DNA of 64,000 nt, taken from Bugula neritina (taxonomy: Eukaryota > Animalia > Bryozoa). Of this stretch, positions 48,777 through 61,876 are shown in pieces. Location of the stretch: assembly GCA_964035545.1 (NCBI GenBank), contig OZ037765.1, positions 13,030,698 to 13,094,697 on the forward strand, read 5' to 3'. A program made the position numbers and the translations under genes. The notes beneath the pieces are model-generated. The model did not search any database. It was not told where the DNA came from and was given only the letters and a program-made list of their open reading frames with translations. Numbering within the stretch: position 1 is the stretch's first letter; each line of letters begins with the position of its first letter.

Positions 48777-48945
48777 ACTCACTCACCCGTGTGACTTTAT
48801 AATTGTTATTTGTGCGAGAACCCTCGATAAAAGGTTTTTTTAGGTGGCCAAAGAGTTTTTCACTGTTGTGGCATAGGAGCTATTATGGCTGGAAGCCCTT
48901 CCTAACCTCACCAATAGCCAATCACTAAGAATTGCAGCTAAGCCA
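48777..48945 (-). mobile_element. Copy of the tRNA-derived SINE family (body and GTGA tail)
   Basis: The minus strand reads GTGAGGTTAGGAAGGGCTTCCAGCCATAATAGCTCCTATGCCAC..., collinear with 19770-19820 and 17535-17612. ACTCACTCAC tail. Confidence 0.7.
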
Positions 48946-49815
48946 CTATGGTATAATCATAGTTAGCTATATGTAAGGTAGTTATAATATTACATGTAGA
49001 TTGTATAAGTTTAAAATAATGAAAAACTTTTTTTTGATATGAACATATCAAAAAAATACATTGTATAAAAGAGCAGTAGTGGGTCTTAATGCCAAGTTGT
49101 CACAGATGATTATTGTTGATTTTATTTAACGCTCAAAAGTTCACAATATTGGTTCAAACATTCGTAAAATATTATATATGTTACACTGATAGCGTGGTAG
49201 CTTGTTGTTTGTTTCTTTAAACATTAAGGATTGACTGTTGATGTGATAGGAAGGAATTGTCTATTTTGTTTTTACCAGCAGGTCTTGAGATAGTCCATTT
49301 GCTAATAGAACCCAGAACCACATCCCACTGCATGTAAAACTTGTTGATGAGTTTTAAAACTTTCTTAACTAAAAAGCTGGCAACAAGAAGAGAAACCCTA
49401 AACCAAGCTTCCCACCATTGAATATTATTACATTATAGTCTATACAGATCTTGAATATATTGTTTGTACTTGCATGTTGCATATACTTATTTTAGTACAA
49501 CTTGAAGTGTATATAATGAGTTAATAAAACACTAAACCCATAAAAACAAATTCACCCATAACTGATGTTGAGGTTTTTATGCAATGTTATAAACTAGCTA
49601 GCTTTCAAAGTTTTCAGCATAAAGTATATAGCTTAAAACAGCTGTGAGCCTGTGATCAAATGATTTATAGAGATTATGCTACTACCAAAGCACCAGACAA
49701 ATTGGAGTTAATCAGTTGTTGAAGTTATATTTAATAAATTTGAAGCACCAAAATACATGCTGGTAATCAACAATAAATTATTTTATATTATCACTTTAGA
49801 AAAAAAGTTTACTAT

Positions 49816-49850
49816 ATATATAATATAATATAATATAATATAATATAATA
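49816..49850. repeat. (TATAA)n pentanucleotide microsatellite
   Basis: Direct reading. Confidence 0.9.
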
Positions 49851-50035
49851 CCAATGTTCAAAAATAGTCTAAACAATTATATAGTTACATAATTAATATA
49901 TCAGGTCAAATAAATAACAATTAATTTGTCTTGTGAAATTGAAAGCTAATTCAAGTACAGTACAATCTAAAATATCATAATATATCGATTTATATGTGGC
50001 CATTGGCTTTTTTACTATATATAAGATGTGTTTAT

Positions 50036-51037
50036 TTAGTCAGATTTACATGTGTTGCATATAAATACATTCAAGATTCTCCTCCTAATACTTGGTGATC
50101 TCTTTTCTTTTACTGCGGTGCTAACTTTATCTGTAAACATAAGAGAAATTGATGAATTTATTTATATTAGTTAGATAAGTTCAACAAGATAAAATTCAAT
50201 ATACTTTTTATGTAGGGTAGAAAGTTTTAGACTATAGTATGATCATTTAGCTGCTAAAGGATGGGTCATTTGATTTTAGCTTATAATATATACAGATGAA
50301 TATTTTACTTACAATAAACACTCCTGCAGTCACTCATGTCTCCATCAAACTGGAATCTACTGCCTATCAAATCTTTATTTGTCAATATCCCAGTTTCATT
50401 GTACTCAATAAGTTTGTCTGGTAGCTTTTCACCTCTTTGAGGCAGATTTATAGATACATCACTAATGCTTCTAACAGGAAGCATGAACTTTTCTTCTGCT
50501 TGAGGTGCTATCGGAGTTTGACAAAGATGGAGTTGGTTGTCAGCAACAGTTTTGACATCGGTATTCATCACCGGCTTGTTACTTTCAGTTTGATCTTTTG
50601 TGTCATCATCAACGGTTGTTACTATTGAGCTTGGTTTGATGAACATATTTTTCACTTCATACTTTATCGACCGTTGTATGAAATTGCGGTGAATTTTCCT
50701 ATATATAAGACTGAGCTCATAGTCATAGGCTTCAGTAAAAGCTACTAACTTTGGACTAGCTCCCATATTGTGATTCCTTGGAGGCTTATTTTGACCTCTT
50801 TGTCGTGTACTGCAAAAATATATATTTCAAAATCACTATGCTTATTTACAAGAACTTTTTTCAAATCTTGCAATTTTCAGAGCATAAATTAGTAATTACT
50901 AATACTGAATTAGTATACCAAATCATGAAAAAATTGCTAACTTACCTAAAAGTAGCATTACGGTAGTACATAGCCATTACAAACAAAACCCAGAACACTT
51001 GACCAAAAAGTGCTTCTCTGGGGAGCAAAACTTCCAT
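50036..51037 (-). CDS. Uncharacterised protein, 3 coding exons, 227 aa
   Basis: Exons 51037-50946 (MEVLLPREALFGQVFWVLFVMAMYYRNATF, GTAAG donor, phase 2), 50809-50313 (in frame with ORF 50305..50766, GTAAGT donor, phase 1) and 50130-50036 (..RRRILNVFICNTCKSD*). Total 684 nt; no recognisable domain. Confidence 0.7.
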
Positions 51038-52379
51038 AGTTTTTCAAATAACTGTTATCAACTGTGAAGTATACTGTAATTTTATTCTACATTGATCTAT
51101 AGATGAGCAATTAAAAGCAAAATCTGACTACGTTGTGTTAAAGTTGTGTTATAGCGTTGTGTTAATTCGTCACGCCAAAGATGAGTGTCTTTCATAATGT
51201 AATGAATATGTATATAACTGATGTATTATAATTATGCACATTATGTTTATATTTTTGATTTGTTGTACTGCTCTTAGTTTTTAATGCATAGATATAGTAA
51301 ATATATAAGAAAACCACTTTTGAAAATATAAACCAATGTCTGTAAATGCAATACCATTTTATAACATACATTATAGTTTAGCATATTATGCTTGTGTGAC
51401 TAGTTACCAAACACATGCAGTTGTATTAAACAGTTTCAGAGCATATACAAGTAATGTAAACTTTTCAACTAAACACAATTAATGTAGATTTTTCCTGAAA
51501 CAACTGTCTGTTGAATATACATTTAATTGATAAATTATGAGATTGCAGTTTAATCCTATAATCACATGGGTACAAGTAGGTCATATTCATAGTTATCATT
51601 TATATTGCATAACTGTGTTTTATACTAACTGAAAAATGAATAAAACACGTACAAAATAACTCTTTATGAAATTTTTGTTTTACAAGAAATGTTTATGCAG
51701 TATGTAACATTCTAAAAAGAAATGAATAAATTTTAGATTTTTCTGAAAACATAACTTTTTAGTTATTTCTAAGTCATCTAACAGGAATAAAGTGTATAAT
51801 TAAATTTTTTAATTTGGGAATTTGTAGCAAAACCATGCAAAACTCAGCATACATTTTCCACAAATCAACTGATAAAGATATTTACTGTGTTCCTAGTCGC
51901 ATGGTCATGTATGCATGAAGTTAAATTACTTATGGGTTTTTAGTCTTAAGGTGCTATATATCAAAGACTGTCTACGAAAATAAATACTAGAAGCTGTCAG
52001 TCACTTTAAAGAAATCTTTTAGTGTTTCTTTATGGGCCGTTGTCATGTGTTCTTGTACAAATATTTTAAAAAAAACACCATGCAATGTTGTTTAGTAGGT
52101 TTCAAATCATTTCAGTCTTGTAAGGAATTTTTACTTAGCATTTTACTACATTTACTTCTTGTTTTTCAAGCTTAACAGATGCTTAAAAGTAGCTTAGCAG
52201 AGTACCTACTATAATATTTTATACACGTACAATAAAAAACGCAAATATAGTAGAAAACTCCAATACTTAATTTATCTATTTACGCAGCAGTTAATACCAA
52301 ATACAATGTCACTCTAAGCAATTACGGAGTTACTTTCTTTTGTTCAAGATGCGTAGCGATGTTTCTACCAAAGATAAAA

Positions 52380-52660
52380 ATGTGTATCCGCACGCTATTG
52401 GATAAATGCTATTCCATTCAGACTGCATGCACCTGAAGACACCCAATAGCTTAATTATGAAGCGTACCTCATTAACGGACTACTTCATTGTAAAATTAAA
52501 CGTATGCTCACCGTTGTTTTAAAAAGTGGTGTCCGCATGTGGTGCTCGGGTTTGAAACGTCCTTGGTCAGTGCTGCTGGTAATTGCAGCTAAACAGTAAC
52601 TGTAAGTAGTAGTACTAATGCTAATAGTAATTACTCGGTGCTCTCGTCACGGAAACCAAT
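52380..52660. promoter_or_regulatory. Candidate bidirectional promoter / first non-coding exons between divergent genes
   Basis: CpG-enriched patch with a minus-strand donor GTGAG at 52511-52507 and a plus-strand donor GTAAGT at 52602-52607. X-box-like GTCACGGAAAC at 52646-52656. It lies between divergently oriented genes whose ATG exons both follow splice acceptors. Confidence 0.45.
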
Positions 52661-53154
52661 TTGAAAAAAAAATCAAAATGTTAGCTAGCAGTAGCTGGAT
52701 ATATTTCCAAAAACATACTAGTATTAGTATTAAATAATTAATATTAGTAATACTGTATTAGTGTAACTATAACTTGAACTACAACTACAAGATTAATTTT
52801 AAGTATTAGTATGACTATCACTATGAGTATTAGTATTACTATTACTATTAGTATTAGTATTATTATTAGTCTTACTCTTGTTCTTAGAAAATAAGAAATG
52901 GATTTGAAAATTAACCATTAACTTTTAAGTTTAACTTGAACTTTAAGTTTAAGCAATGCAGATTTAAATTGAAATTATATCTACTTAGATATTATTTGAT
53001 ATAACATTTAATAGTTGTAGTTAAACTTAATTAGTAAATAAAATATATATAATAAAGTATGTTTAATATTTACTCATATTGATAATGAGTAAATATGACT
53101 TCTTCAAATTCATACTTCAATTAAATTTTAATTATTATAATATTAATTAATATT

Positions 53155-53377
53155 ATTATTATTATAAAATTAAACATTAGAATCCTCATAATCATTGTCA
53201 TATTAATAATGATAATCTGAATATTAATATTTATATTGAACCTAATAAAAATATATGCATAATATGATATTATGCATATATTTTTATTAGGTTCAATATA
53301 AATATTAATATTCAGATTATCATTATTAATATGACAATGATTATGAGGATTCTAATGTTTAATTTTATAATAATAAT
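53155..53377. repeat. Perfect AT-rich palindrome (111-bp arms, 1-nt centre at 53266)
   Basis: Position p pairs with 106532-p throughout, e.g. AAACATTAGAATCCTCATAATCATTGTCAT / ATGACAATGATTATGAGGATTCTAATGTTT. Confidence 0.95.
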
Positions 53378-56300
53378 TAAATATCATTTACAATTATGAA
53401 TTATAATTACATTTACTTTTAGTTTTACTGTCCTGATTAATTCAGAATGAGAATCAGAAAGTGTAAATGTTGAATGTAGTTGTACTTGTAATTGTATCAC
53501 TATAACTATAAGTCTGTAAGTATTAGTATTGCTATTACTATTATACTATTATATATACTATATTACTATATATACTAGTATACTGTTATATTGTTGTAAA
53601 ATTTAGTATAACTAAATCATAAGTATAAGTACAAGACCACTAGTACTAGTGCTAGTAGTTACAGATTTAATTAGTATTATTATATAATTTTTATTATACG
53701 TTATAATTCATATTTGTTGACCATTGAAGTCTGAATGTTATTGTAATACTAATTCATGTTTATCATCACCACCATAATTATTTTGACGATTGTGGAAGTA
53801 GTATATTGAAGTTGCAAGTGAAAACTACGCCTATTAGTATTAGTATTACTTCAAGTTCATCTAATGATATTATAATTATAATTTTGTTGTTTTTATTAAT
53901 TGATTAATGTTGATTTATATTCAAATTGGTACTCACCAACAATGAAGATTGTGGTGAATGAATGATTGCTGTGGCTTATTCTTAAAGCTGAAAATCAGAA
54001 TGATGATGAAATGACTCCTCAGTTTAATGTCTGATACTGATAGTAATGGTAATAGGCTAATAGCCTAATACTCTTTTGGTTATGCCAGTGAGCAAACTAA
54101 AATTTATAATTACTATTACTTATAGTAATACTTATAACCTGTTAGTAATAACCCTGGCATTAGTAATTGCAAAAGTGAGTAGGGGTTAGCTTATGAATTA
54201 AGAACAAGTTAACTACATTTAATAGCTAGACTAAATAAGGGAGTTAATCACAATCATAATGATTAGAATAGATAATCATGCATCTACTGACTGTCATTAT
54301 TATGATTATTTCTCTTGTACTGACACTTGTAGTTGTACTGAATCCTCGGCCATGATATTTTTGAATTTGTAGTAAATTAATGCTCATAATTTATTTCAAC
54401 TTTTCAGTAACAAGGTAGTAATTACACCATATTGAGTGTCATGATCATCACGCTGTATAGTATAAATATGTGAGTAGTCAACAGTCTCAACGTTAACAAC
54501 CTGAAGCATGTTCATCACTTTGAATCTTAAAAACTTTAAAAACTATTACCACTCATATTGGCTCAATCTCACAGTTAATGATAGGTTAGTGGTACTCAGT
54601 TATTATGCAATTTAATTACAATGCTAGGTTTGAAACTAAAATGAACAAACAGAACGTAGGTTGAAGTGAAGTATACGAGTGAGATTAAGTAAGATGCCTA
54701 CATGAAGCTTGACAATATAGAAATATTAGGGAGTTGAATAATAAATAAATAATCCAAGAGCTGAATTTAAGTCACAACAAGTCAAGCTAATATCTAGCTA
54801 TGTTAAGTCACGGCTTATGCACAGGTTTAAGGCGACCAATAATTTAAGCCAACTCTGCCAATTTAATTCTCATTTGAAGTTATTATTTAAAATAAGCAAC
54901 TTTGTAATAATCATGAGCCTTTAAAATTATTTGTTGATCTGCTAGCAATTGATAAACAACGACAGGCGTTTAGCAGTCGAAATAGAATGAACAACTTGGT
55001 AGTTCTGGTTCTAGCTTTTTAAGATTGTTTTAATAATCAATAAATGCAAAAAATAGTTATTTGATAGGAAACCTCAATCTACTGCAACATCTATTAAATT
55101 TTCCTAATAATCTGAAATTATTGTTGAATGTTTAGTTTTTAGTAAAACAAAGCAAAATATAATTAGTTTGCTTATCTTCCTTAAAATTCTTGCTTTCAGT
55201 AAGTCAACTTCAATCAAGAGATTCTAGCAACTATGCCAGAAAGTCTTTTCAAACTCAAAATGTGAAAATTGCAGGTTGTGCACCTTCATCTTTTGCTATC
55301 TTATCTCAAGTAGATGAGTATTAATCAGTACCATAATCTATATTTGTCCAATTTTACTGACATATTTGGTATGCAACTATTTTTTTATTTTCTAAATTGT
55401 CACTACTAATTTTCTATCAATTTGTATTATTGTAAATTATCGCTTAGGCTATTGACGAATTGCAGCTTTTTAAAATACTGTATTTATAATGAAAATCTAG
55501 TAAAAATAATAGCTTATGCTTGGAAAAATAAAACTAATATTTTAAAACTAATTCTCTTCGCTGAGTCCACGGGATGTTATCATCGCTGTAGAAGATGATG
55601 GTTTTGTTAAATCAGCGCAGATTGCTAAAAATGCATGTTTTTTGACAAGGAAATGTAAGATTTTGTAAGATATCCCATGTTTTGCATTCTTTGTCTAACG
55701 GTGCTACAACAGAAAAGTTGGTATAATAATGTGCCAAATATTCTACTGATGTTACTGCAAAAACATTTTATCGTGTTTGGATATGTTGCAGAAATAGCAA
55801 ACGATTTTAAAAGCAGATTTTCAGCATGGCATATTTGTAAAAGTTTCAGGATTTTACTGGTAGTTAGCTAGCAAGGAATATGGCAGATATATTTATATAA
55901 TATGCCTCTTGCAGCTTTTATTCTCCTCAAACTGAAATACAATACTCTTAATAATGATTTAAAATGTATGATTAATAAAGTGTCTGGCTTCATTATGTTT
56001 TAGTCTTGAATATCCCCTATAAAATAAGATATAAAAGTAGCATAGTTGAGTTTAGGTAGTTTGCTAAGAGTAACCTTATACTTAATATCAAACAAAGCTA
56101 ATTACACACCTCACTATTGATTCTCTGCCAGTTAGAGGCATAATAATGGCCACTTATACTAGCTGCAATCAATGTTCTCAATTCGCACAGCTTACTAGTT
56201 TCACTGGTGGTTTCAATAGTAACTTGAAATAAGTTCCAAAATGTATGATTGATTGAATACCTGATTCGGTTTAGCTGTACGAAACCACATTGATAACTCT

Positions 56301-59300
56301 GGAAATATGTGGCATAAAATATAACAATATTACTGCATACTCATAGTGGTCAGCTAAGTACTTGCAGGGAACCTAAAGTATATATTAGAAGCAGTTGACA
56401 GTATTGTTGTTTGGATTATCATTACTACTTAGGTAGGATTCTTACCACAGTGATGCCTCAAACAATGACATCTTCTGTCTAAATGCTAATTGTAGCAGCT
56501 AACCAGACGATTGAGTGGTTGTAGATGTACAGAGAAAGTTTATTCAACTTTTATGCTATGAAAATATTTTTAGTCCAGTCACTAGTGCAACATTAACTGC
56601 CAAGCTTTCGAAGTCTATTGAGTACTTCATATATTTTACATATTTCTATTTGATCCTGGGTGGGAAAATAGTAAACTACATTTAAATCATCTGCAACAAG
56701 ATACTTTTCTTGTCTGTTTTTAAAATAGGGCTGCAATCTAGAAGTGTGGTGGCAGAGAATGCTGTTAGTTTCAATCAGCCAAGAGCTTACCTTTCATATT
56801 TATAAAAATTGAAACTTGTTTGGGGCTGAACCAAATGTATTTTCAACTCAGTGTCCAGGAGCTTAGCTCACACCACTTCCTGTGAAGACTTATAATCGTG
56901 CTATCAAATTTCAAAGCTAAATAAATGACTGTTACATTTCACAGACCCAATTTTTTATCTTGTATTAATCCTTGACATTTCGTAATTAGTTTGCCATCAC
57001 TACTTTCAGTATCTAGAAAGTATTTGAGAATCAAAAGTGGGTCCTGCCTACCTTTTATATTTTCTATGAACAGCCTGAAAAGAAATTTCCAGTGTGGTTG
57101 TTGTATTACCCATCTGACAAATACTTGCTTATATGAGATGCTGTCTGAAATTGTCCCAGTACTGCTCTAAGAAAGTATCTTTTCAATCAATTTTAGATTT
57201 TCATAATATAACTGCTTTTTAATTTAACAGAAATATGAAATTGAGTAATTTTATGATTGTCATATTTTAAACTTATCCTGTGTAATGAATGTGGTAGTTA
57301 TGATATGGTGTCTATCTTAAAGCTGCTGTCAAGTTTGTTGTGACTAGGACAGCTGCCATGTGATTGCAATACTTACACAAGTTTATACTGTCAGAATTAC
57401 AGTTGTAGGTGGTTAGCCAATCTATCTTTGTGAAATGCTCCCCTCCAAACTGTCTTAGCCTGCCTCTCAACTGGATCTTCTCCTAACCCTCCCAACATGG
57501 CTTCCAGCACTAGTAAAACTCTAACCCAAAAAGATCGGAGCTCTTTGAAGTCTTATAGGGTGGGTATCGGAGAATCGTGTGTTCAGCATGTTTGAAAAAT
57601 TCATTGCAGAACTTCCAAACATGAATCATTTACATTATTCTGGCCATGCTGTAAAGCAATGAGCCGTAGGAGCATTTCACCAGCTCTCACTGCTATTGAT
57701 CACCAGTTAATTGTTGACATCTGATCGTGTTCTTCAAACTGACCTGCTTGACCACGACTTGTAATTATTCTAATAAAGGTTTACACAGTATAAAACAATT
57801 TTTAAATTTTTTTTTACAAAATATCAACAAAAACACTTTTCTGCCCTTAAAAATTGTTTTTTATTATTCCTAGTTTGTTTATTTAAAAACATGGTTTACT
57901 TGACCCCTGTCAACCATAAATTTTATTTACTGCTAATTTTATTTTGACAGTCTATGGTAAGTTAAAACATCTCATATTCATGAAATCATGAAGGTTGGCT
58001 AATAATATAGGCCAGAATTTGTTTTCCCTGAAAAATAGTTCTGAATACTTCATGAAATATCTTCTGTTGGGAATGGGGTAGGGAAAAGCAGCTGTTATGG
58101 TAGAGTTTTATTTTAAATTATGTTAGTTTTATGTTACTTTATGGCTGTTTATAAGTGTGTGTAGAATAGGTGGCAAAATACTATGCAACTAGCATTGAAG
58201 ATATCTGCTTTTTTTTTCAAAATATATCGTATGTTGGCTTACCAATGCTGGGTTTGTTTTAAGTCCTAATACGAAAATAGACAAAGATCTATGCTACGCT
58301 AGAAAGTCACAAAGCTATCTATTGTTGCTTTTGAAAAGAAATCAATTAACTGATTGTAATAACATTAGCCAAAGTAATGCTAATAATCTCTAATGAATCA
58401 AATTCAATATTACAGCTAGGGTTGTTGACAAGAGCTAAGATTTATATAGCAACAGGTCTATGATATCTTGCAGATTGTATACAATTTTATTAAAGCCTCC
58501 TTTGTTCTTATTCACTATGCAAGTTGATGCTGCCGCCTAGCCACTACTGTAGAATCAATGGAGAGTGGTATTTGCTCGTCACGGTGTTTTGTGTAATGGT
58601 AATCATTAGTTTATCAAATTGGCTTTATATGGTTTCTTCCAGTCTCGCAATAAACGAAATATAGAGCAATAATGCCACTGCAAGATTCTGCAATCTACAA
58701 TATTATATACCACAGAACTATGTGTTGTGGTTAGTTTCTTGCTTACCTCCTAAAACTTTATACTCCAATACAGGAGTTAAAGTCGGATTTTACTTCAGCT
58801 TATGATATATTTAAATTCAATGACAGTTCGGAACCTACAAAAACTAGCTGGCCTTAGGCCTCTGAAATCTTTTTTTAACTGCTTCTGGTGATGTATCACA
58901 GTCTAGCCACAGCCGCACACCTTAACACACGTGTAGAAAAGACTGCCTTTTGTGTTTCACAAATATGTGGCACCCAGCTAGGCTAGTTTTATTTCTTAGG
59001 ATTGGTTTTGACACAGATTATAGTATGTGATTAAGAACATTGTAAGCAAGCAGGTAAGTGGTGCTTGACCAATCTCGGTCTATCATCTAATAATCTCAAC
59101 TATTACTGGCTTTGACACTACCATCTCCAGCTAAACAATTTATGCAAATGGATGCTAATTTTACAGTTTGTAACGCAAAGCAATTTCACTTTATTTATCA
59201 AACTCAGACTGAATTTATTGGCACAGCATAGAACACTACAGTCATTTCCCTAGTTTTACTTAATGATAACTAAACAACCAGCAAATGAAGTGCATTCAAG

Positions 59301-61184
59301 GAGTTTGTGAACCAGAACTTAGAAAGTGGATCTACTCCAAATTACATTTTGACTCACTGCTGCAAAAGTAGTTAGTGGTGATGAAACTAAACTCCTTTTA
59401 GATGTGCTTTATAGAGCTACCAGAAAAGCTCAGTTCATGTGCTTGTTTTCTAAGTGGTTGAAGTTTTAAAGGAATATATCTTTAGTACGTGGTTAGAGGT
59501 ACAATTGTTTTTTCTAAAACTATTTCATTAGTTACACTTATCTGTTCAGTACATTGATTTAATCACACCATCAACTTGCTGATAATTTATCCACCATGTA
59601 GGTGAGCAAAATTCTTAAATGTGAGAAGTGGTTCTTCAGTTTGCTATACTATACTCTTCTATATCATGTTCCTCTACACTTATATATATATATATAAATA
59701 ATAACTTACTTATTTGGGAGAAAAAGAATAATGTTGCTTATATACTCAACTAGTTAAGTTCGTTATTGCTATAGTTTTATACATGTTCAGTTCTTTGCAG
59801 ATCTACAATTTTGCTAAAACACGCAAACATGATTATTAACCTGGTAATTGGGCTCAGACATCTCCATATTCAAGCATTTTCATTTATTAGATCAGTAAAC
59901 TTGTATATCATTGAATCATTAGTCACTAGAGATGTCATGTCTTATTAAGTATGGTTAGTCTCCTGTGGCTTTCTTACCTAACAATATCCGCTAGACTGTT
60001 TTCAATAAAAGTTACCTTTTTGCTTAAGTGGATAATACCTCTAATCTTCCTGAATAGTTGAACAGTTATAAGAATGGCTGTTTGAACCTTAGTGAATCAA
60101 TGGTACTTTGTCTTTTTTACTGTTTTTTGAGTTTCATCTTGACAGTTTTTCAACCCATGCTGGGTCCATAACCTATGGTTGTTGGTTTAATTAGATTGAC
60201 GCTGTCCCCATGCATCGGATAAAAACTCCATTGGAATAATTCAAAGTATGGCTGTAAGCCACCCTCTGGTTTAGTTTATTTAACTTTCTCCATCCTTCAG
60301 AAGTCTACACAAACCAGTAATTGACACTTCCTGCATTTCTAAAAGCTGCCAAGTTGAAGCTACAGATCTAGAATCTAATAAATTTATTACTGTACTGCCC
60401 AATTATTCTTTCTACCTGTAAGAATGTTGAATCCACATAACAGCAGATGCAGAGGTTGCTGGTGTTTTATCTCCCATATTAAACCATAACTCATGAAAGT
60501 AGTAGAGTAAATTATTTATTAACTTAGCATATTTATAGATGGGGGACTCCTATAGTGTAATCTGTGCATTTTCCAGAAATCAAATTCTCTCGGAAACATT
60601 TACAAAATATAATTAGACTTCTTGCTGGACCTACTATTTAATTTGATTGTGCTATACTCAACAATTTAATTATTGCACGCCTGAACTAATATCAGGTTTA
60701 AACTTGTCTGAAAACTATTAAATTAGAGATTATTTCTTAAAGGCATGTAGTTATCCTTCTACTAAATATTTCACTGCCATCTGCTGGCTAGCAGATGTTG
60801 AGTTTTCTTAAAAGGATTCAAACTGGAAAACACTAAGATTATTTTCTATTCTAATTTTCAGTCAAAAATCAAATTTTTTTGAGTTGTTTTGCATTATAAA
60901 AGCAACTCGTCAAAATTATTTTCTAGTGATAACATACTTTAAGAAATGTTATAGAAATATTGATCATTTAGCAGTGATATTTGTCTGTTTTGTAAGTGCA
61001 TTAGGCAACCTATAAGTTACTAGGTCCGGGTCCAAGTTACAACCAAAGTTAATAAAGGAATTATTTTCCTAAAATATTATTTGAGTTTTTTCCCCCCAAC
61101 AGCAATTGAAGTAATTTGTGAGCCTCTTTACCTAGTCACTAATGTATCATCATTCACCTGTTGGTTGTTTTGTTATTCTAGGAT

Positions 61185-61876
61185 ATGGGGTACAGGGAGA
61201 AACCTGCCACTCCTAACAGTCCTTCAGGTACTACCGTCACTACAATGTATGATCACCTGCTCTCCCCTCCATCACCTGCGGAAGAAGAAGAGAAGAATGA
61301 GAGGTTGAGGAATGACTTACTGGATGAGATATGCAACGACATGGGTATAGATGACAGCATGGATCTGGATTTTGATGATGACTTTTGTTACAATGGTCAA
61401 CAGAAGCCTGGTCAACGACTAGCCATGAGTGGAGCATCTGCTAAAGCGTGTGAAAGTGATGCACGTAGGACTTCTGCTAACAGCTCCACTGGCTACTCCA
61501 CATCTGATAGTCTGTGTGCTATTGCTAAACTAACCCACAGTATCCCTCATGAAAATAATTCAGCATCTGATGTTGAAGCTAAACAACGCCGTGAAAGTTT
61601 AGAAAATGCTTCGGTCAAACAAGAGCCCACGTCCCAGACGGAGAGTGAACTTAGATTTTGTAATGTCAACGATACTGACCAAGGTAAAGCAGCAGCCGCT
61701 GCTGCAGCTGCCAATAAGCTTGCTATGCAAAGACAGCTGAATGAGACGGCAGCGGCAGCAGAGGCAAAAAGAAAAGAAAGTGATGGGATGTCTCAGTCTG
61801 AGCTAGCTGAGCCAGGGTGTAGCTCAAGTGAATTGCAGGGTAGCAGTGCACAGCAGTCCCTGGCTGGACAAAACAG
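61185..61876 (+). CDS. First coding exon of an uncharacterised (probably nuclear/regulatory) protein; the gene continues beyond this exon
   Basis: Acceptor TTATTCTAG at 61181, ATG at 61185, 231-aa open frame with normal coding composition, AG|GTAGG donor at 61877. Features are an acidic-hydrophobic segment LLDEICNDMGIDDSMDLDFDDDF, a VKQE SUMO-type motif and poly-Ala tracts. No further exon was recognised before 64000. Confidence 0.8.

Noticed and set aside
57430-57780. GC-richer patch resembling a decayed retroelement fragment
   Set aside because: No translatable motif, termini or second copy in the window.
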